A stretch of DNA of 64,000 nt, taken from contig JAPDFW010000135.1 in assembly GCA_028826165.1 (NCBI GenBank), positions 62,001-126,000 of the forward strand, read 5' to 3'. Under the pieces are notes generated by a model. The model saw only the letters and a program-made list of their open reading frames with translations, did not search any database and had not been told where the DNA came from. The DNA is from Anaeramoeba ignava BMAN. Taxonomy: Eukaryota > Protista > Anaeramoebae. Shown here in pieces: positions 11,642-25,359 of the stretch. Position 1 is the stretch's first letter, and every line of letters starts with the position of its first letter. The position numbers were made by a program, and so were the translations under genes.

Positions 11642-14225
11642 TTATTTTTTTTGAATTTCTTGTTTAACTGTTTCAAAAATAGATTGAATATGTTCCATAT
11701 TAAGATTAATTAATTTTGCAGTTTCTAAGATAATTTCATAATAATCTCCAGGAATAGAATCCATAGGTTTTGATTGATAAGTATGGTTCTAAAAAATCAA
11801 AAAAAAAAAAGTGGAATAAAAAAATCAAAAAGTGGAACAAAAAAAAAGAAAGAAAAATAAAAGGAAAGAAAGAATAAAAAATAAGCAAAAGAAAGAAAAA
11901 TCAAAATAAAAAGAAGAATGGAAATGATATTAAAATACCGATATGTTTGAAATGAACTCGAGAAAAGCAGGACGTTGTTCATCAATAAAATCATTAAATT
12001 GAACTAAATTTGACAAAGCACCAAATTTTGTGTTATTAGCAAGGACTTGCAGAACTTTGGCTACTTGAAGTAAGGTATCAGAAAGAGATTGCGAAGGTTC
12101 TGCATCACTAAGAAGTCCATATGCTAATGGTGAAGTTAGCGATGGGGAAACGAACCTTGTGAAAAGAAATGAGCCTACTGAAGGAAGATGATCTTCTTCA
12201 GGATATTTTTCTTCAAGTTTTGATCTAAGCTCATAGCAAAGCCAATGAAGAGTTCTGTTTGATTTTCCGCATTGCATTGTTTGTGTTCGTTAATTAGGAT
12301 TCATTTTTTTGATGTTTTGATTGTTTGTGTTTTGTAAATGTTTTTTTTTATTTGGAACAAAAAATTCCGAACTTGGATTCATTCTAAATTTAGTTCATTT
12401 TTTTGAGTTTTTTTACCTTGGAAATAGATCATCGCTCCCTAATATTTGACTTAGAAATGTTGTAACATGTTTCTTAAGAAACTTCTCTTTCATTGTTCCT
12501 TCTTTCTGTATTTCAAGAATAATTGGCTCAACAACTCTTTTTAAAAAATGAATTCCATATAATTTTGCAATACTAGCTGCCATTGTTGATGAAAACAAAT
12601 TCCCTCTAAAAATACTATCTTTTGAAACTAAAAATTTATTTCCAAATTAAAAATAAATAAAAATAAAAAAAACGGTTTTTTTGGATCGGAAAAAAATATT
12701 TTTTTTATCCAGTTTAAAATCAGACTAAAATAACAGAATGATAAAAAAATAAAAAGATTATTTTACCTGCATATTGTGTTTCATTATCAACAATAAATGA
12801 AATGAGATTTTTAGTGAGATGAAGTTGATCAAATAATTTAACGATCAAATCAGCAAGACAATTTGATTTATTCATTATTCTATCTATAAAAGAAAGTTCT
12901 TTAAGAACTCTCATTTGAGGTTCAGTTAAAACCTTTAAGATGAAAAAGATGGATGAAAATTAGTGATCCAATTAAGAGTAAATATGATAAAATTTAAGAT
13001 ACTTTTGCGATAATTTCGGCTTCAACTTCATTTTCATTTGATAAATATGGACGAAGAAAACTCTATTAATTCAAAAGCGATTTGTTTTGTTTTTTTTTAG
13101 TAAATTATGTATGTTTTGTTTTTTATTAGGATTTGTTAATTCAATTTTTTTTACTCTTCGAAAAACTTTTTTCCCAATTAAAAATCCTGATTCTAATTCA
13201 ATTGTATATGATGGAAATTTTCCTTTTTTTTTGTTTATTGTTCCAACTATCCATTTTTGATTTGGTGGTATTTCAGTATTTTCTAATTCGATTAGATCTC
13301 CTTCTTCAAATGAAAGTGTTCCTACTCTTTCACTAAAATATGGTTCAATTGCAACTCCTATTGTTGTCTTTTTTTTAATATAATTTTTTTTCCGATTTTA
13401 ATTTTAATATCAAAATGAATTTTAATATCAAAATGAATTTTAATATCAAAATGAATTTTAATTTTATCAAAATGAATTTTAATATCAAAATGAATTTTAA
13501 TTTTAATATTAATTTTAATTTTAATTTGAATTTTAATTTGAATTTTAATTTTAATTTTTAATTTTAATTTCAATTTTAATATCAAAATGAATTTTAATAT
13601 CAATTTTATAAATGAATTTTAATTTTAATTTTAATATCAAATGAATTTTAATTTTAATTTTATAAATGAATTTGAATATTAATATTAATATCAAAATGAA
13701 TTTTAATTTTAATTTTAATTTTAATATTAATTATCAAAATGAATTTTAATTTTAATTTTAATTTTAATTTTAATTTTAATATCAAAATGAATTTTAATTT
13801 TAATTTTAATTTTAATTTTAATTTTAATATCAAAATGAATTTTAATTTTAATTTTAATTTTAATTTTAATATCAAAATGAATTTTAATTTTAATTTTAAT
13901 TTTAATTTTAATATTAATATCAAAATGAATTTTAATTTTAATTTTAATTTTAATTTCAATTATTTGATTTTGATTAAAAATGTGGAATTTTGTTTTTAAA
14001 AAAAAAAAAAAAGGAAAAATGAGAATAAATTAAAAATACTTTTTGAGGAGTAACAGGAAATCTAACACAATAACTTGGAAAAGTACCAGTTGTTCCATCT
14101 TCTAAAGAACCAGTAAATTTTCCAATTCCTAAAGCTTTAACATTAAATAAAACAGTTCCTGTTGGAAAACTTAATTCTCCTTCTTTTTTTCCATTAATTG
14201 GTTCAAGAGCAACTGCAAAACTCAT
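11642..14225 (-). CDS. SH3-SH3-RasGAP protein, about 7 introns
   Basis: SH3-1 ALEP..ELSF..GTFPSYCV; SH3-2 (13367-13155) AIEPY..TLSF..W..GKFPSYTI; arginine finger IFRGN; FLFTRFVSPSLTSP and VAKVLQVLAN RasGAP motifs; stop TAA 11644-11642. Confidence 0.85.
13368..14039 (-). repeat. Intron filled with (AAAATT)n plus an 18-mer ATTAAAATTCATTTTGAT repeat
   Basis: Direct reading; phase-0 join PQK|TTIGVA. Confidence 0.8.
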
Positions 14226-14425
14226 TTTATTTTATCTTTAAATTTATTTTTTAATTTATTTTTTAAATTTATTTTTTAATTTAACGTTTTTAATAAAAAA
14301 AAAGAAAAAAGAAGAAAAAAAATGAAAAAAAATTTTTTTTGAAATTAATTTTTTCATTTTTTTTCTTTTTTTTAAATTAAAAAATTTATTATAATTTATT
14401 TTGAAAAAAATTTTTTTTTGAATTA
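14226..14425. promoter_or_regulatory. Bidirectional promoter (RasGAP / RWD-F-box-LRR)
   Basis: 200 bp between divergent ATGs with AAATGAAAA (minus) and TTTCATTT (plus) motifs. Confidence 0.55.
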
Positions 14426-17321
14426 ATGGATTATTATGAACAACAAAAAGAAGAAATTGAAGTAACTCAATCAATATTTTTTAAAGAAGTTGAAGCAGAA
14501 TTTTCTGAGAAAAGCAAAACTTGGATTGTTAAAATAACTTTTGAATCTGAATTAATAACTGAATTAACTCGTTTTTTAATTATTTTTGAACTTCCTCAAA
14601 ATTATCCAAATCAAATTCCTAAAATTCAAGTTAGAAATCAATCTTCTGAAAATATTAATATTCCTCAAGAAGAAATTGCATATCTTCAAGAACTTCTTGA
14701 ATTTGAAGCAAAAGATTCAATTGGAGAACAGATGGTATTTTATTTAAAAATTCATTTATAAAATTAAAATTCATTTATAAAATTAAAATTAAAATTAAAA
14801 TTAAAATTCATTTATAAAATTAAAATTAAAATTCATTTATAAAATTAAAATTAAAATTAAAATTAAAATTAAAATTAAAATTAAAATTAAAATTAAAATT
14901 AAAATTAAAATTAATATTAAAATTAAAATTAAAATTAAAATTCATTTATAAAATTAAAATTAAAATTCATTTTAAAATTAAAATCAAAATTAAAATTCAT
15001 TTTGATATTAAAATTCATTTTGATATTAAAATTCATTTTTTAAAAATTTATAAAATTAAAAATTTTAAAAAGTTGTTAAAATTAAACTTAAAATGAAAAT
15101 GAAAATTAAAACTAAAATTAAAATTAAAATTCATTTTGAAATTAAAATTCATTTTGATATTAAAATTCATTTATAAAATTTATATTGAAAATTAAAAAAA
15201 AAGTTGTTCAAACTAATATCAATAATTCGAGAATGGCTTGATGAGTTAGATGACTTTTTAATCACAACACGCTCAACAGAATTTCTTCCAGATGATATAA
15301 TATACTACATTTTCAAGTTCATTGAGCATCCATTCTACCCAATGATTGGATTAACATGCCGAAGATGGTATCACATTGCAATGAAATCAAAAATGATATG
15401 GAGTAACATTATAGTTTCACGAACAAAAAAGAATGTATCAGATACATTTCTTACAAGATTCCAAAGAAAACTGCTCAAAAATCCGGAAAGCATAATCTCT
15501 TTCCAAATCGGAAGCCCGAGTTCAAATGCAGAAGTCTCACAAAATGAAATTTTGGAAATATCCAAAAATTATCCAAAACTTAAATCATTCAGATTTTATT
15601 CAACAAGCTCAATGAAGTTGTCATTACTCCACGAATTTGTGGAATCTGCACAAAATTTGACGGATTTATCAATTTATGGAGCAAAATGCTCAAGCAAATA
15701 TTTTTTGAATACAAAAGATTTTTCACGTTTACAAAATATTTCAATTAGAAAATCAAATATTCATAAAATAAGTGTGGAGAATTTAAAAAATGTGATTTTT
15801 TTATCTTTGGAATCAAACTACATCTCGGCAATTCCGCACAATATCGTGAACCTTTCTTTCCTGCAGCATCTGAATCTGGACAGAAACCCGCTGCGGTTAT
15901 TCCCTGCGATACTATTCTGTTTACCGCAGTTGACATTTTTGTCACTTGAAGGATGCGGGTTTTCTGACATCGATCCTGATATATCAAATTTCCATTTAGT
16001 TATCAACAAGCTCGAGCATCTAAACTTGGCAAACAATCTATTCAGCGACTTTCCGTATTTGGTAACCAAGATCGGAAGTCTGAAATTTTTGAATCTGGCG
16101 AAGAACAGATTGCGGACAGTTTTGCCTTCTCTTCGAGATCTTGATAATCTTGAGTATTTGAATTTAAACCATAATGAACTGGCCGCATTTCCAGAACAGC
16201 TTTTCCGAGGGAATCTGAAGAACATTATGTACTTGAAATTGAAGAGCAATGATTTCATTATATTTCCAAGATACATTTTGGAAAATTTGCAAAAATTGAG
16301 ATTATTGGATTTAAGAAATAACAAGTTGGAAAGTTTGGAGCTCAGTTACTGGGTCTCGCCCAACTTAAATGTCCTGCGGTTCTCGAACAACTTGCTCCGT
16401 TATATTGATTTGAGAATCCTTTTCCGCAAGACTTCAAGCTTAAGATACTTCGAACTCGATCTGTCAAGAAACCGTTTTGAAACGTTTCCGGTTTGTGAAT
16501 TTGAAGACGAAAATAAAAATCACGAGGAAAAACAAGAAAATGATAATATTATTATTAAAGAGGATGAGAAAGAGAAAGATGAGCAGAATTCGCTTAGCAA
16601 AAACAGTTCTTTGGTTGATTCAAAAAATAATTTCCAAACAAATTTTTCAATTCAACAAAATCAAGAAGAAAAATTCGAATTCGGTTATAAATTTATTGAA
16701 TACCAAGTGATGGTTCGCAAAATCAATTTGTCTCAGAACAGCATATCAATAATGCCAACTTTTTTCTATCTTTTCGATAATATACAAGAACTTGATTTAA
16801 GTAAAAACACTTTATTTAATTTCCAGTCGGAATTTTTTGATTCACAAAATGATGATGAAAAAAATAAAAATGAGAATAAAAATAAAATCAGCAGGAAAAT
16901 GCTTGAAGAGAAGGATTTATTTCATCCTAAGGTGATTGAGAAGCTATCCGAAACGCTAACTTCTCTTGATTTATCAGACACAATGATGGCGGTTTTTCCG
17001 GTTCAATTAACAAAACTGTCAAAATTGAAAAAACTGAATCTTTCTTTAAATAAATTGAATTTTTTGCCTTCTTGTTTTTTCAGAAGTTTCAATGACCTTA
17101 AAAGATTGGAATTGCAATATAATTTATTTGAAACTGTTCCTTTTTCAAAAGGAGAAATTCTTATTAGACAAGGAAATGAAATTAGTGTTCTTGCTAATGG
17201 TTTTTGTTTATTGAATAATTTGAAATATCTTGATTTAAGTGGAAATCCTGGAATTTCAAAACAAAATGAAATTACTGTTCAAAATGGAAGATCTTGTATT
17301 GTTAAAGTTAATAATTTTTAA
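14426..17321 (+). CDS. RWD-F-box-LRR protein; intron 14735-15203
   Basis: RWD (LPQNYPNQIP; IGEQM|LFKLISIIREWL spans the intron in frame), F-box (LPDDIIYYIFKFI..LTCRRW), many LxxLxLxxN repeats. Confidence 0.85.
14735..15203 (+). repeat. Intron filled with (AAAATT)n / AAAATTCATTTAT
   Basis: Direct reading. Confidence 0.85.
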
Positions 17322-17597
17322 TTCCAAAAAATATATTTCAAATTAAAATTAAAAAATGGAATTTTCTTTTTAGATTTTATTCAAATTAAATAAATTAAAA
17401 ATTAAAATTAAAATTAAAATTAAAATTAAAATTAAAATTAAAAATTAAAATTAAAATTAAAATTGAATTTTAAAAACGTTTTCTTTTAAATTAAAAAAAA
17501 AAAATTTTTCATTTTCATTTTTTTTCATTTTTCCTTTTTGCTTTTTCTTTTTTTTATTTCAATTTTTATTGTTTTCTTTTTAAAACAAAACTAAAAA

Positions 17598-20389
17598 ATG
17601 GAAATGTTTGATAGTTATGAACAAGATTTCAACGACTTGTCTGTTCGAATCAAAGATAGAATAGAAAAAATAAAAGAATTAACAGGAGAAGAAAAAAAGA
17701 AACTAAAAGTAGCAGCAGATCGGGAGCTTGACGAAGCACACGAACTAGTGAGGAAACGAAAAAAAAACGGGATAAAAAAACGAGATAAAAAAAACTAACG
17801 GAAAAAAAAAAACAAAAACAAATGAATTTAGATTCAGCAAATGGATTCAGAACTTCGAGGATTTTCAGTTGATGAAAGAAAAGACGCGTCAAAAAAGCTG
17901 CGAAAATACAAAAACCAGTACCAGAATTTCCAGACTGAGTTGCGAAAAGCGTATGAGATGTCTTCGTATTCTCAAGATAGAAATGACCTTTTTGATGGTC
18001 GAAGTGATTATCAAGTTCAAAATCTTGACCAAAGGCAAAAACTCCTTCAGGCTCAGAATACTTTGGATAATTCTTCTCAAAGACTCCAAAATGCCCATAA
18101 AACTGCTCTCCAAAGTGAACAGATTGGTACTGAAATTCTCGCTGATTTACATCAACAAGGTGATACTTTGAGAGGTGCTCATAAAAAAGTATATATTTAT
18201 ATCTAAATTTATAATAAAATTTATAATAAAATTTATATTAAAATTTATATCTAAATTTATAATAAAATTTATAATAAAATTTATATTAAAAATTATATTA
18301 AAATTTATATCTAAATTTATAATAAAATTTATATTAAAAATTATATTAAAATCTATATTAAAATTTATATTAAAATTTATATCAAAATTTATATCAAAAT
18401 TTATATTAAAATTTATATTAAAATCTATATTAAAATTTATATTAAAATTTATATTAAAATTTATTTTAAAATTTATAACAAAATCTATATTAAAATTTAT
18501 AACAAAATTTATAACAAAATTTATATCAAAAATTTATATCTAAATTTATAATAAAATTTATATCTAAATTTATAATAAAATTTATATTAAAATTTATATT
18601 AAAATTTATATTAAAATTTATAATTAAAATTTATAATTAAAATTTATATTAAAATTTATATTAAAATCTATATCAAAATTTATATTAAAATTTATATTAA
18701 AATTTATATTAAAATTTATATTAAAATTTATATCTAAATTTATATTAAAATTAATAACAAAATTTATATCTAAAATTTATATTAAAATTTATAACAAAAT
18801 TTATATTAAAATTTATATCAAAAATTTATATTAAAATTTATATTAAAATTTATATCTAAATTTATATTAAAATTAATAACAAAATTTATATTAAAATTTA
18901 TATTAAAATTTATATTAAAATTTATATCTAAATTTATATTAAAATTAATAACAAAATTTATATTAAAATTTATATCAAAATTTATATTAAAATTTATATT
19001 AAAATTTATATTAAAATTTATATTAAAATTTATATTAAAATTTATATTAAAATTTATAACAAAATTTATATTAAAATTTATATTAAAATTTATATTAAAA
19101 ATTTATATTAAAAATTTATATTAAAAATTATATCAAAATTTATATTAAAATTAATATTAAAATTTATATTAAAATTAATATTAAAATTTATATTAAAATT
19201 TATATCAAAAATTTATATTAAAATTTATATCAAAATTTATATCAAAATTTATATCAAAAATTTATATTAAAATTTATATTAAAATTTATATCTAAATTTA
19301 TAACAAAAATTTATATTAATATTTATATTAAAATTTATATTAAAATTAATATTAAAATTTATATTAATATTTATATTAAAATTAATATTAAAATTTATAA
19401 CAAAATTTATATTAAAATTTATATCAAAATTTATATCAAAATTTATAATTAAAATTTATATTAAAATTTATATTAAAATTTATATTAAAATTTATATTAA
19501 ATTTATATTAAAATTTATATTAAAACTTATATTAAAATTTATAACAAAATTTATATTAAAACTTATATTAAAATTTATATTAAAAATCTATATTAAAATT
19601 AATATCTAAATTTATATTAAAATTTATAACAAAATTTATAACAAAATTTATAACAAAAATTTATAACAAAATTATATTAAAATTTATATTAAAACTTATA
19701 TTAAAATTTATAACAAAATTTATATTAAAATTTATATTAAAATTTATAATAAAAATTTATAACAAAATTTATATCAAAATTTATATTAAAAATTATATTA
19801 AAAATTATATCTAAATTTATATCAAAATTTATATTAAAATTTATAATTAAAATTTATATTAAAATTTATATTAAAATTTATATTAAAATTTATATTAAAA
19901 TTTATATTAAAATTTATATTAAAATTTATATTAAAATTTAAATTAAAATTTATATTAAAATTAATATTAAAATTTATTTCAAAATTTATATTAAAATTTA
20001 TATCAAAATTTATATCAAAATTTATATTAATATTTATATTAAAATTTATATTAATATTTATATTAAAATTTATATTAAAATTTATATTAAAATTTATATT
20101 AAAATTTATATTAAAATTTATATTAAAATTTATATTAAAAATTAGTTACAAAGAGCTGAAGAAAATGTGGATAAAGGTGGAAATATTATTTCAAGAATGT
20201 TTCGAAGAGCAGTTACTAACAAAGTAAATAAAAATAAATTAATCAAAAAAAATTTTTTTTTGTTCCACTTTTTAATTTATAAATTTTTTTTAATTTTAAT
20301 AAAAGATTATTCTCATTATTATTATCATCGTTCTTTTAGGAATTATAGCAATGATCGTTTATTTCACTCGATTTTATAAAAAAAAATAA
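17598..20389 (+). CDS. VTI1: Vesicle transport Qb-SNARE VTI1; introns 17748-17831, 18189-20145, 20224-20305
   Basis: MFDSYEQDF, Habc helices, [35 protein letters not shown] motif, MFRRAVTNK|[16 protein letters not shown]; ACTAAC branch site at 17793. Confidence 0.92.
18189..20145 (+). repeat. About 1.96 kb intron of 12-mer (AAAATTTATATT)n satellite
   Basis: Direct reading; essentially no G on the sense strand. Confidence 0.9.
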
Positions 20390-20664
20390 TTCTTTTTTCT
20401 TTTTTCCAAACAAAATTCTTTTCTTTAATTTGATTCAATTTGATTTGATTCAATTTTCTTTAATTTGATTTGATTTGATTTGATTTAATTTGATTTGATT
20501 TGATTTGATTTAATTTGATTTGATTTGATTCTTCAAAAAAAAAACAATTTTTTTCAATTAATTTTGGTTTCAAATTTACCAAAAAAAAACAAACAAAATA
20601 AAAATTTTTTTTTCATTTTTTTCATTTTCATTTTTTTCATTTTTTTTCTTTTTCAAAAATTATA

Positions 20665-21529
20665 ATGGAATCTTCTGATTATGAAGAAGATATAACAATA
20701 CAATCTCTTTTTAATGGACTTACTAATATTCTTTCTTCATGGGAAATTATAAAATTAATAAAAGAAACTCTTATTTTTAGTGATAAAACTGAAGATAAAA
20801 TTCAAGATTTTGAAGATGATTTAATGTTTTTTTTTCAAGAAAATCTCGATAAAAATAAACAAATTGAAGAATTTGAAGTAAAAAATATTCTTCTTGATTC
20901 TCTTTCAAATATTTTACATATTGATTTACAAGATGGAAGTGAATTGAATGTATTTTAAAAAAAAAATTATTTTTATTTTTAAATCAAAAATTTATTTTCT
21001 TTTTTTCTTTTAAATTTAGGTTGTAAAAGAATTAGTTTTATTATATCAAAATATTAGTTCAAATAATTTAGATTATGTTGAAAATTTGATTTCTCGTCTT
21101 GAAAAAGAAAAAGAAAAAGAAAATTTAAATGAAAAAGAAAATCAAAATGAAAATGAAAAAGAAAAAGAAAAAGAAAAAGAAAAAGAAAAGAAAAAGAAAA
21201 AAAGAAAAAGGAAAATCAAAATCAAAATCAAAATCAAAATCAAAATCAAAATCAAAATCAAAATCAAAATCAAAAATCAAAATCAAAATCAAAATCAAAA
21301 TCAAAATCAAAATCAAAATCAAAATCAAAATAGAAATCAAAATCAAAATCAAAATCAAATTCAAAATCAAAATCAAAATATAAATCAAAATAGAAAAAAG
21401 AAGAACAATAAAAAGAAGAACAAAAATAGAAATTTAAAAAATTTTAATAATAAAAAAACTTCAAATAATTCTCAAACAAAAGATAACGAAGATGATGATG
21501 GTTGGTTTATTGTTAAAAAAAGAAAATAG
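20665..21529 (+). CDS. TSR2: Pre-rRNA-processing protein TSR2-like; intron 20950-21019
   Basis: FNGLTNILSSW, DLQDGSELN|VVKELVLLY, C-terminal EDDDGWFIVKKRK typical of Tsr2. Confidence 0.75.
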
Positions 21530-22323
21530 AATTAAAATTCAAAATCAAAATCAAAATCAATTAAAATCAAAATCAAAATCAAAATCAAAATCAAAATCAA
21601 AATCAAAATTAAAATCAAAATTAAAATTAAAATAAAAATCAAATTCAAAATCAAAATCAAAATATAAATCAAAATAGAAAAAAGAAGAACAATAAAAAGA
21701 AGAACAAAAATAGAAATTTAAAAAATTTTAATAATAAAAAAACTTCAAATAATTCTCAAACAAAAGATAACGAAGATGATGATGGTTGGTTTATTGTTAG
21801 AAAAAGAAAATAGAATTAAATAAAATTAAAATCAAAATCAAAATCAAAATCAAAATCAAAATCAAAATTAAATTCAAAATCAAAATCAAAATCAAAATCA
21901 AAAATCAAAATCAAAATCAAAATTAAAATCAAAATTAAAATCAAAATCAAAATCAAAATCAAAATCAAAATCAAAATCAAAATCAAAATCAAAATCAAAA
22001 TCAAAATCAAAATCAAAATCAAAATCAAAAATCAAAATCAAAATCAAAAATCAAAATCAAAATCAAAATTAAAAAATCAAAAATCAAAAATAATGAAGAT
22101 AAAATAAAAAGAAAAAAATTAAAATCAAAATATAAATCAAAATCAAAATCAAAATCAAAATCAAAATCAAAATCAAAAAAAAAAAGAACAATAGAAGAAC
22201 AATAAAAAGAAGAACAAAAATAGAAATTTAAAAAATTTTAATAATAAAAAAACTTCAAATAATTCTCAAACAAAAGATAACGAAGATAATGATGGTTGGT
22301 TTATTGTTAAAAAAAGAAAATAG
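21530..22323 (+). repeat. Two extra tandem copies of the TSR2 3' coding end (~21663-21813, ~22190-22323) embedded in (AAAATC)n
   Basis: Near-identical ~140 bp segments ending GGTTGGTTTATTGTT.AAAAAGAAAATAG. Confidence 0.9.
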
Positions 22324-22730
22324 AAATAAATAAAATCAAAATTCTCCTTTTTTTTTTTCTTATTTTATTTTATTTAACGAATTTTATTTATTTTATTTAA
22401 CGAGTTTTGTTTTATTTTATTTTTATTTTTTTTTTAATTAAATTTTTTATTAAAAGAAAAGAAGAGAATGAATTAAAAAAATTTAAATTAAATTAAGAAA
22501 AAAAAAACGATAAATTTTTTTGCTTTTTTTTTTTAATTTTTGTTTGTTTTTTAATTAAAAAAATTTTTTTTCATTAATAAAAAGAAATCAATTTTTTTTT
22601 CACTTTTTTTTTCCCTTTTTTTTGTCAATTTCTCTTCATTTTCAAAACAAACAAAATCAAACACACAAAAACACACAAAAACACACACAAAAACAAACAC
22701 AAAAACAAACAAAATTTTAAAAATTTAAAA

Positions 22731-23522
22731 ATGAGCTCTAAAGATAAAACTGAAACAAAAAGTGATGTACCTCCAAAAAAACCAAAAACAGCTTATTTAA
22801 TCTTTGCTGCTACTAAAAGACCTCAAATTATGGAAAACAATAAAGGAATTAAAGTTGGAGAAATAAGTAAAATAATTGGTTCAATGTGGAAAGAGTTAAC
22901 TGAAGATCAAAAAAAAGTTCGTTAAAATTTTTTGTTAAAACTTTACTTAGCCAAAAATATAAAAGACCCAAAATAGGGAAAAACAAAAAACTCAAATAAT
23001 ATTAATATTTTAATATTTTTATTTATTAATATATTTATTTAGGTTTTCGTTGATCAAGCAGAAAAAGAAAAGGCTGATTATGAAAAAAATTTAGAAGAAT
23101 ACCAAAAAAATCATCCTGAAACTAATGATTCAAGTGGAGATGAAAGACATTCAAGAAAAACAAGAAAACATAAGCATCGTAAATTACCACCTCCTCCAAA
23201 AAAACCTAAGAATGCTTATCTTTTGTATTCTGATGCAATTCGTCCTAAAATTATGGAAGAGAATAAAGGAATTAAAGTTGGAGAATTGAGCAAATTAATT
23301 TCCAAAACATGGAAGGAATTAAAAGAAGAAGAAAAAGAGGTTAATATTTAATATTTAATATTTAATTATTTAATATTTAATATTTAATATTTTATTATTT
23401 TTGGAAAATAGGTTTATACAAAAAAAGCTGATGAACTTAAAGCTCAATTCGAAAAAGAAATTAAAGAATACAACAAGAAAAGAGACCAAATTGATTCTTC
23501 TTTATCTTCAGATTCAGACTAA
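22731..23522 (+). CDS. Two-HMG-box (HMGB-like) protein; introns 22917-23042 and 23340-23411
   Basis: PKKPKTAYLIF..RPQI..IGSMWKEL and PKKPKNAYLLY..RPKI..ISKTWKEL. Confidence 0.9.
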
Positions 23523-23764
23523 GAAATTAAAGCAAAATTAAGCTTTTTTTTCTTATTATTCAATTTTTTTTACTTCATTCCATTTTTCTTTTTGATTTCA
23601 TTTTTTTCTCTTTTTTTTTTGATTGGATTTTGATTTAAGGAATTATTTTAAACAAAAATTAAAAACAAAAAAGAAGAACAAATTAAATTATTTTTTTTTT
23701 GATTTTTGAATTATTTATTTTGATTTTGATTTTGATTTCTGATTGTTAAAAGAAAAAAAAAGTT

Positions 23765-25291
23765 TTATTTGTAAAATCGAGAAGATCTTTTTTTGGGTTT
23801 TTCTTCTTTTTCTTCTGGATAATCTTTATAAGCTTGTTCGAACCATTCCTGTTCAGTAAGAGTAGAAAGATTAATAGGACCAATCATTTGTCTACCAGGA
23901 TCAACAACCATCCAAGAAATTTCACCAATTTGGGAAGGATCAGTGAAAAACATTCCTTCATCCACTTTGTCCTTTTTTCGAGACCAATAGTAATTCTTGA
24001 ATCTTCTGTGGATTCTTTGTTTGAGTTCATGAGATCCAATTCCAAGAGCAAAAGGAACGAAAAACTTTCATAATCGGAATCACCAAGTGGATCATTATTG
24101 ACATATCTAAAATACTCATCATTATCATAATAACTATATCTTTGATGAGAAAGAGAATCCATAACATGTTCATAACGATCGTCTGGAGAATAGAACTTCT
24201 CCAAAAGTAATAATCTCGCCAATCCATGAACTTCTCCAAAAAGTCTATCATAAATTTTGGGATTTATTTTTTTGCGATCCAAACCAGGAACAAGAACCAT
24301 GAACCCTCTGCGGCTGTATTTAAACAAACGGTTCTCATATGAAGGAGATCTTCTAGTGGCATCAAAAAGGTTATATTGCTTTGTGATTGCGCGATAAAAT
24401 CTGGCACCAATCATGACAGTTTCTCCGTTATACAAAGCACAACACGAATCTATATCGAATCCCATAAGGACTTCTGCAGGGGATTTGTAGAGACGGAAGA
24501 TGATCTGAATATGACGGAACGGATCCGCCGAGCAAAGGGTGACAACGCATTTTTTCTTAACGAAATGGATGTTCGAAGAATTTGGATGATTTTCCGTTAT
24601 TTCTTCCAATAACGAAATGACTTTTTGGGTCGCTTGTTCCTCATTTAATCCATAAATAAACATGTCAACATCGGATTGCTCATATGGGGAATCTTTTCCG
24701 TAAAATTTTCGAATGTCTTTTAATTTTCCAGTGTTGAATTCTGCCGGAAGGGGAACTAAACTCCCGGCAACGGCTCCTCCGGCAACAATAACGTTGTTCC
24801 AATTTATATGTTTTAGTTGACCTGCAGTGAAAATCTCAAAGCGTTTAAGAAACTCCTCTTTTGGTACAACCGCAATTCCTTGAAGAGGTTTATAAATAAA
24901 CTCAAATACAGCCGGAATTTGTTTTCTCATTTTTGTCTTGTTCTTCGTACTTGATTTCTTCCCGAATTTCAAAGGGATCCACTAACGAAAGATACATATT
25001 ATCAAGCACAGAGTTGTTTCGATCTCGCGCAAAAAACTCTCGATATCTGTTTTCTCTTTTATTGATGTTTTGAAGAAATAATTTTTTTGACAGCACGTTT
25101 GAAAACTCTTTTTGCTTGGCAAACTTAAAAAATACGTCCATATTCATATGGGGCGCTATCTCTAATAGGAAATCTTCTGGCATTTCTTTGAATGACTCAA
25201 TATAGCTGTCTATGTCTGTTGTTTCATTAAGAACATTTCCTACTTTTTCTGCTGATAATTCGAGTAAACTTGGAATTGGGATTTTTGTCAT
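23765..25291 (-). CDS. Pol-beta-superfamily nucleotidyltransferase-like protein, single intronless gene split by two homopolymer indels (~24925, ~24062)
   Basis: NWNNVIVAGGAV..SDVDMFIYGL..HIQIIFRLY.SPAEVL.GFDID..RRSPSYENRLFKY..DPGRQ; three ORFs join with single-base corrections. Confidence 0.7.
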
Positions 25292-25359
25292 TTTTTTTTT
25301 AATTTGGAAAAGAGAAAAATAAAAATGAAAAATGAAAAATAAAAAATGGATTTCTTTTA

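Noticed and set aside
15066-15080. Decoy acceptor AAAAAGTTGTT mimicking the true site at 15203
   Set aside because: Use would give an immediate low-complexity frame with stops; a single instance that may be chance
15371-16710. Antisense or overlapping ORFs in the LRR gene (also in cyclin, NTase and VTI1)
   Set aside because: Shadow frames of relatively GC-richer coding sequence without recognisable motifs
21380-22323. Repeat-spacer pattern as a CRISPR-like array
   Set aside because: The repeated unit is the TSR2 coding end, the spacers are microsatellite, the context is eukaryotic, and there are no cas genes
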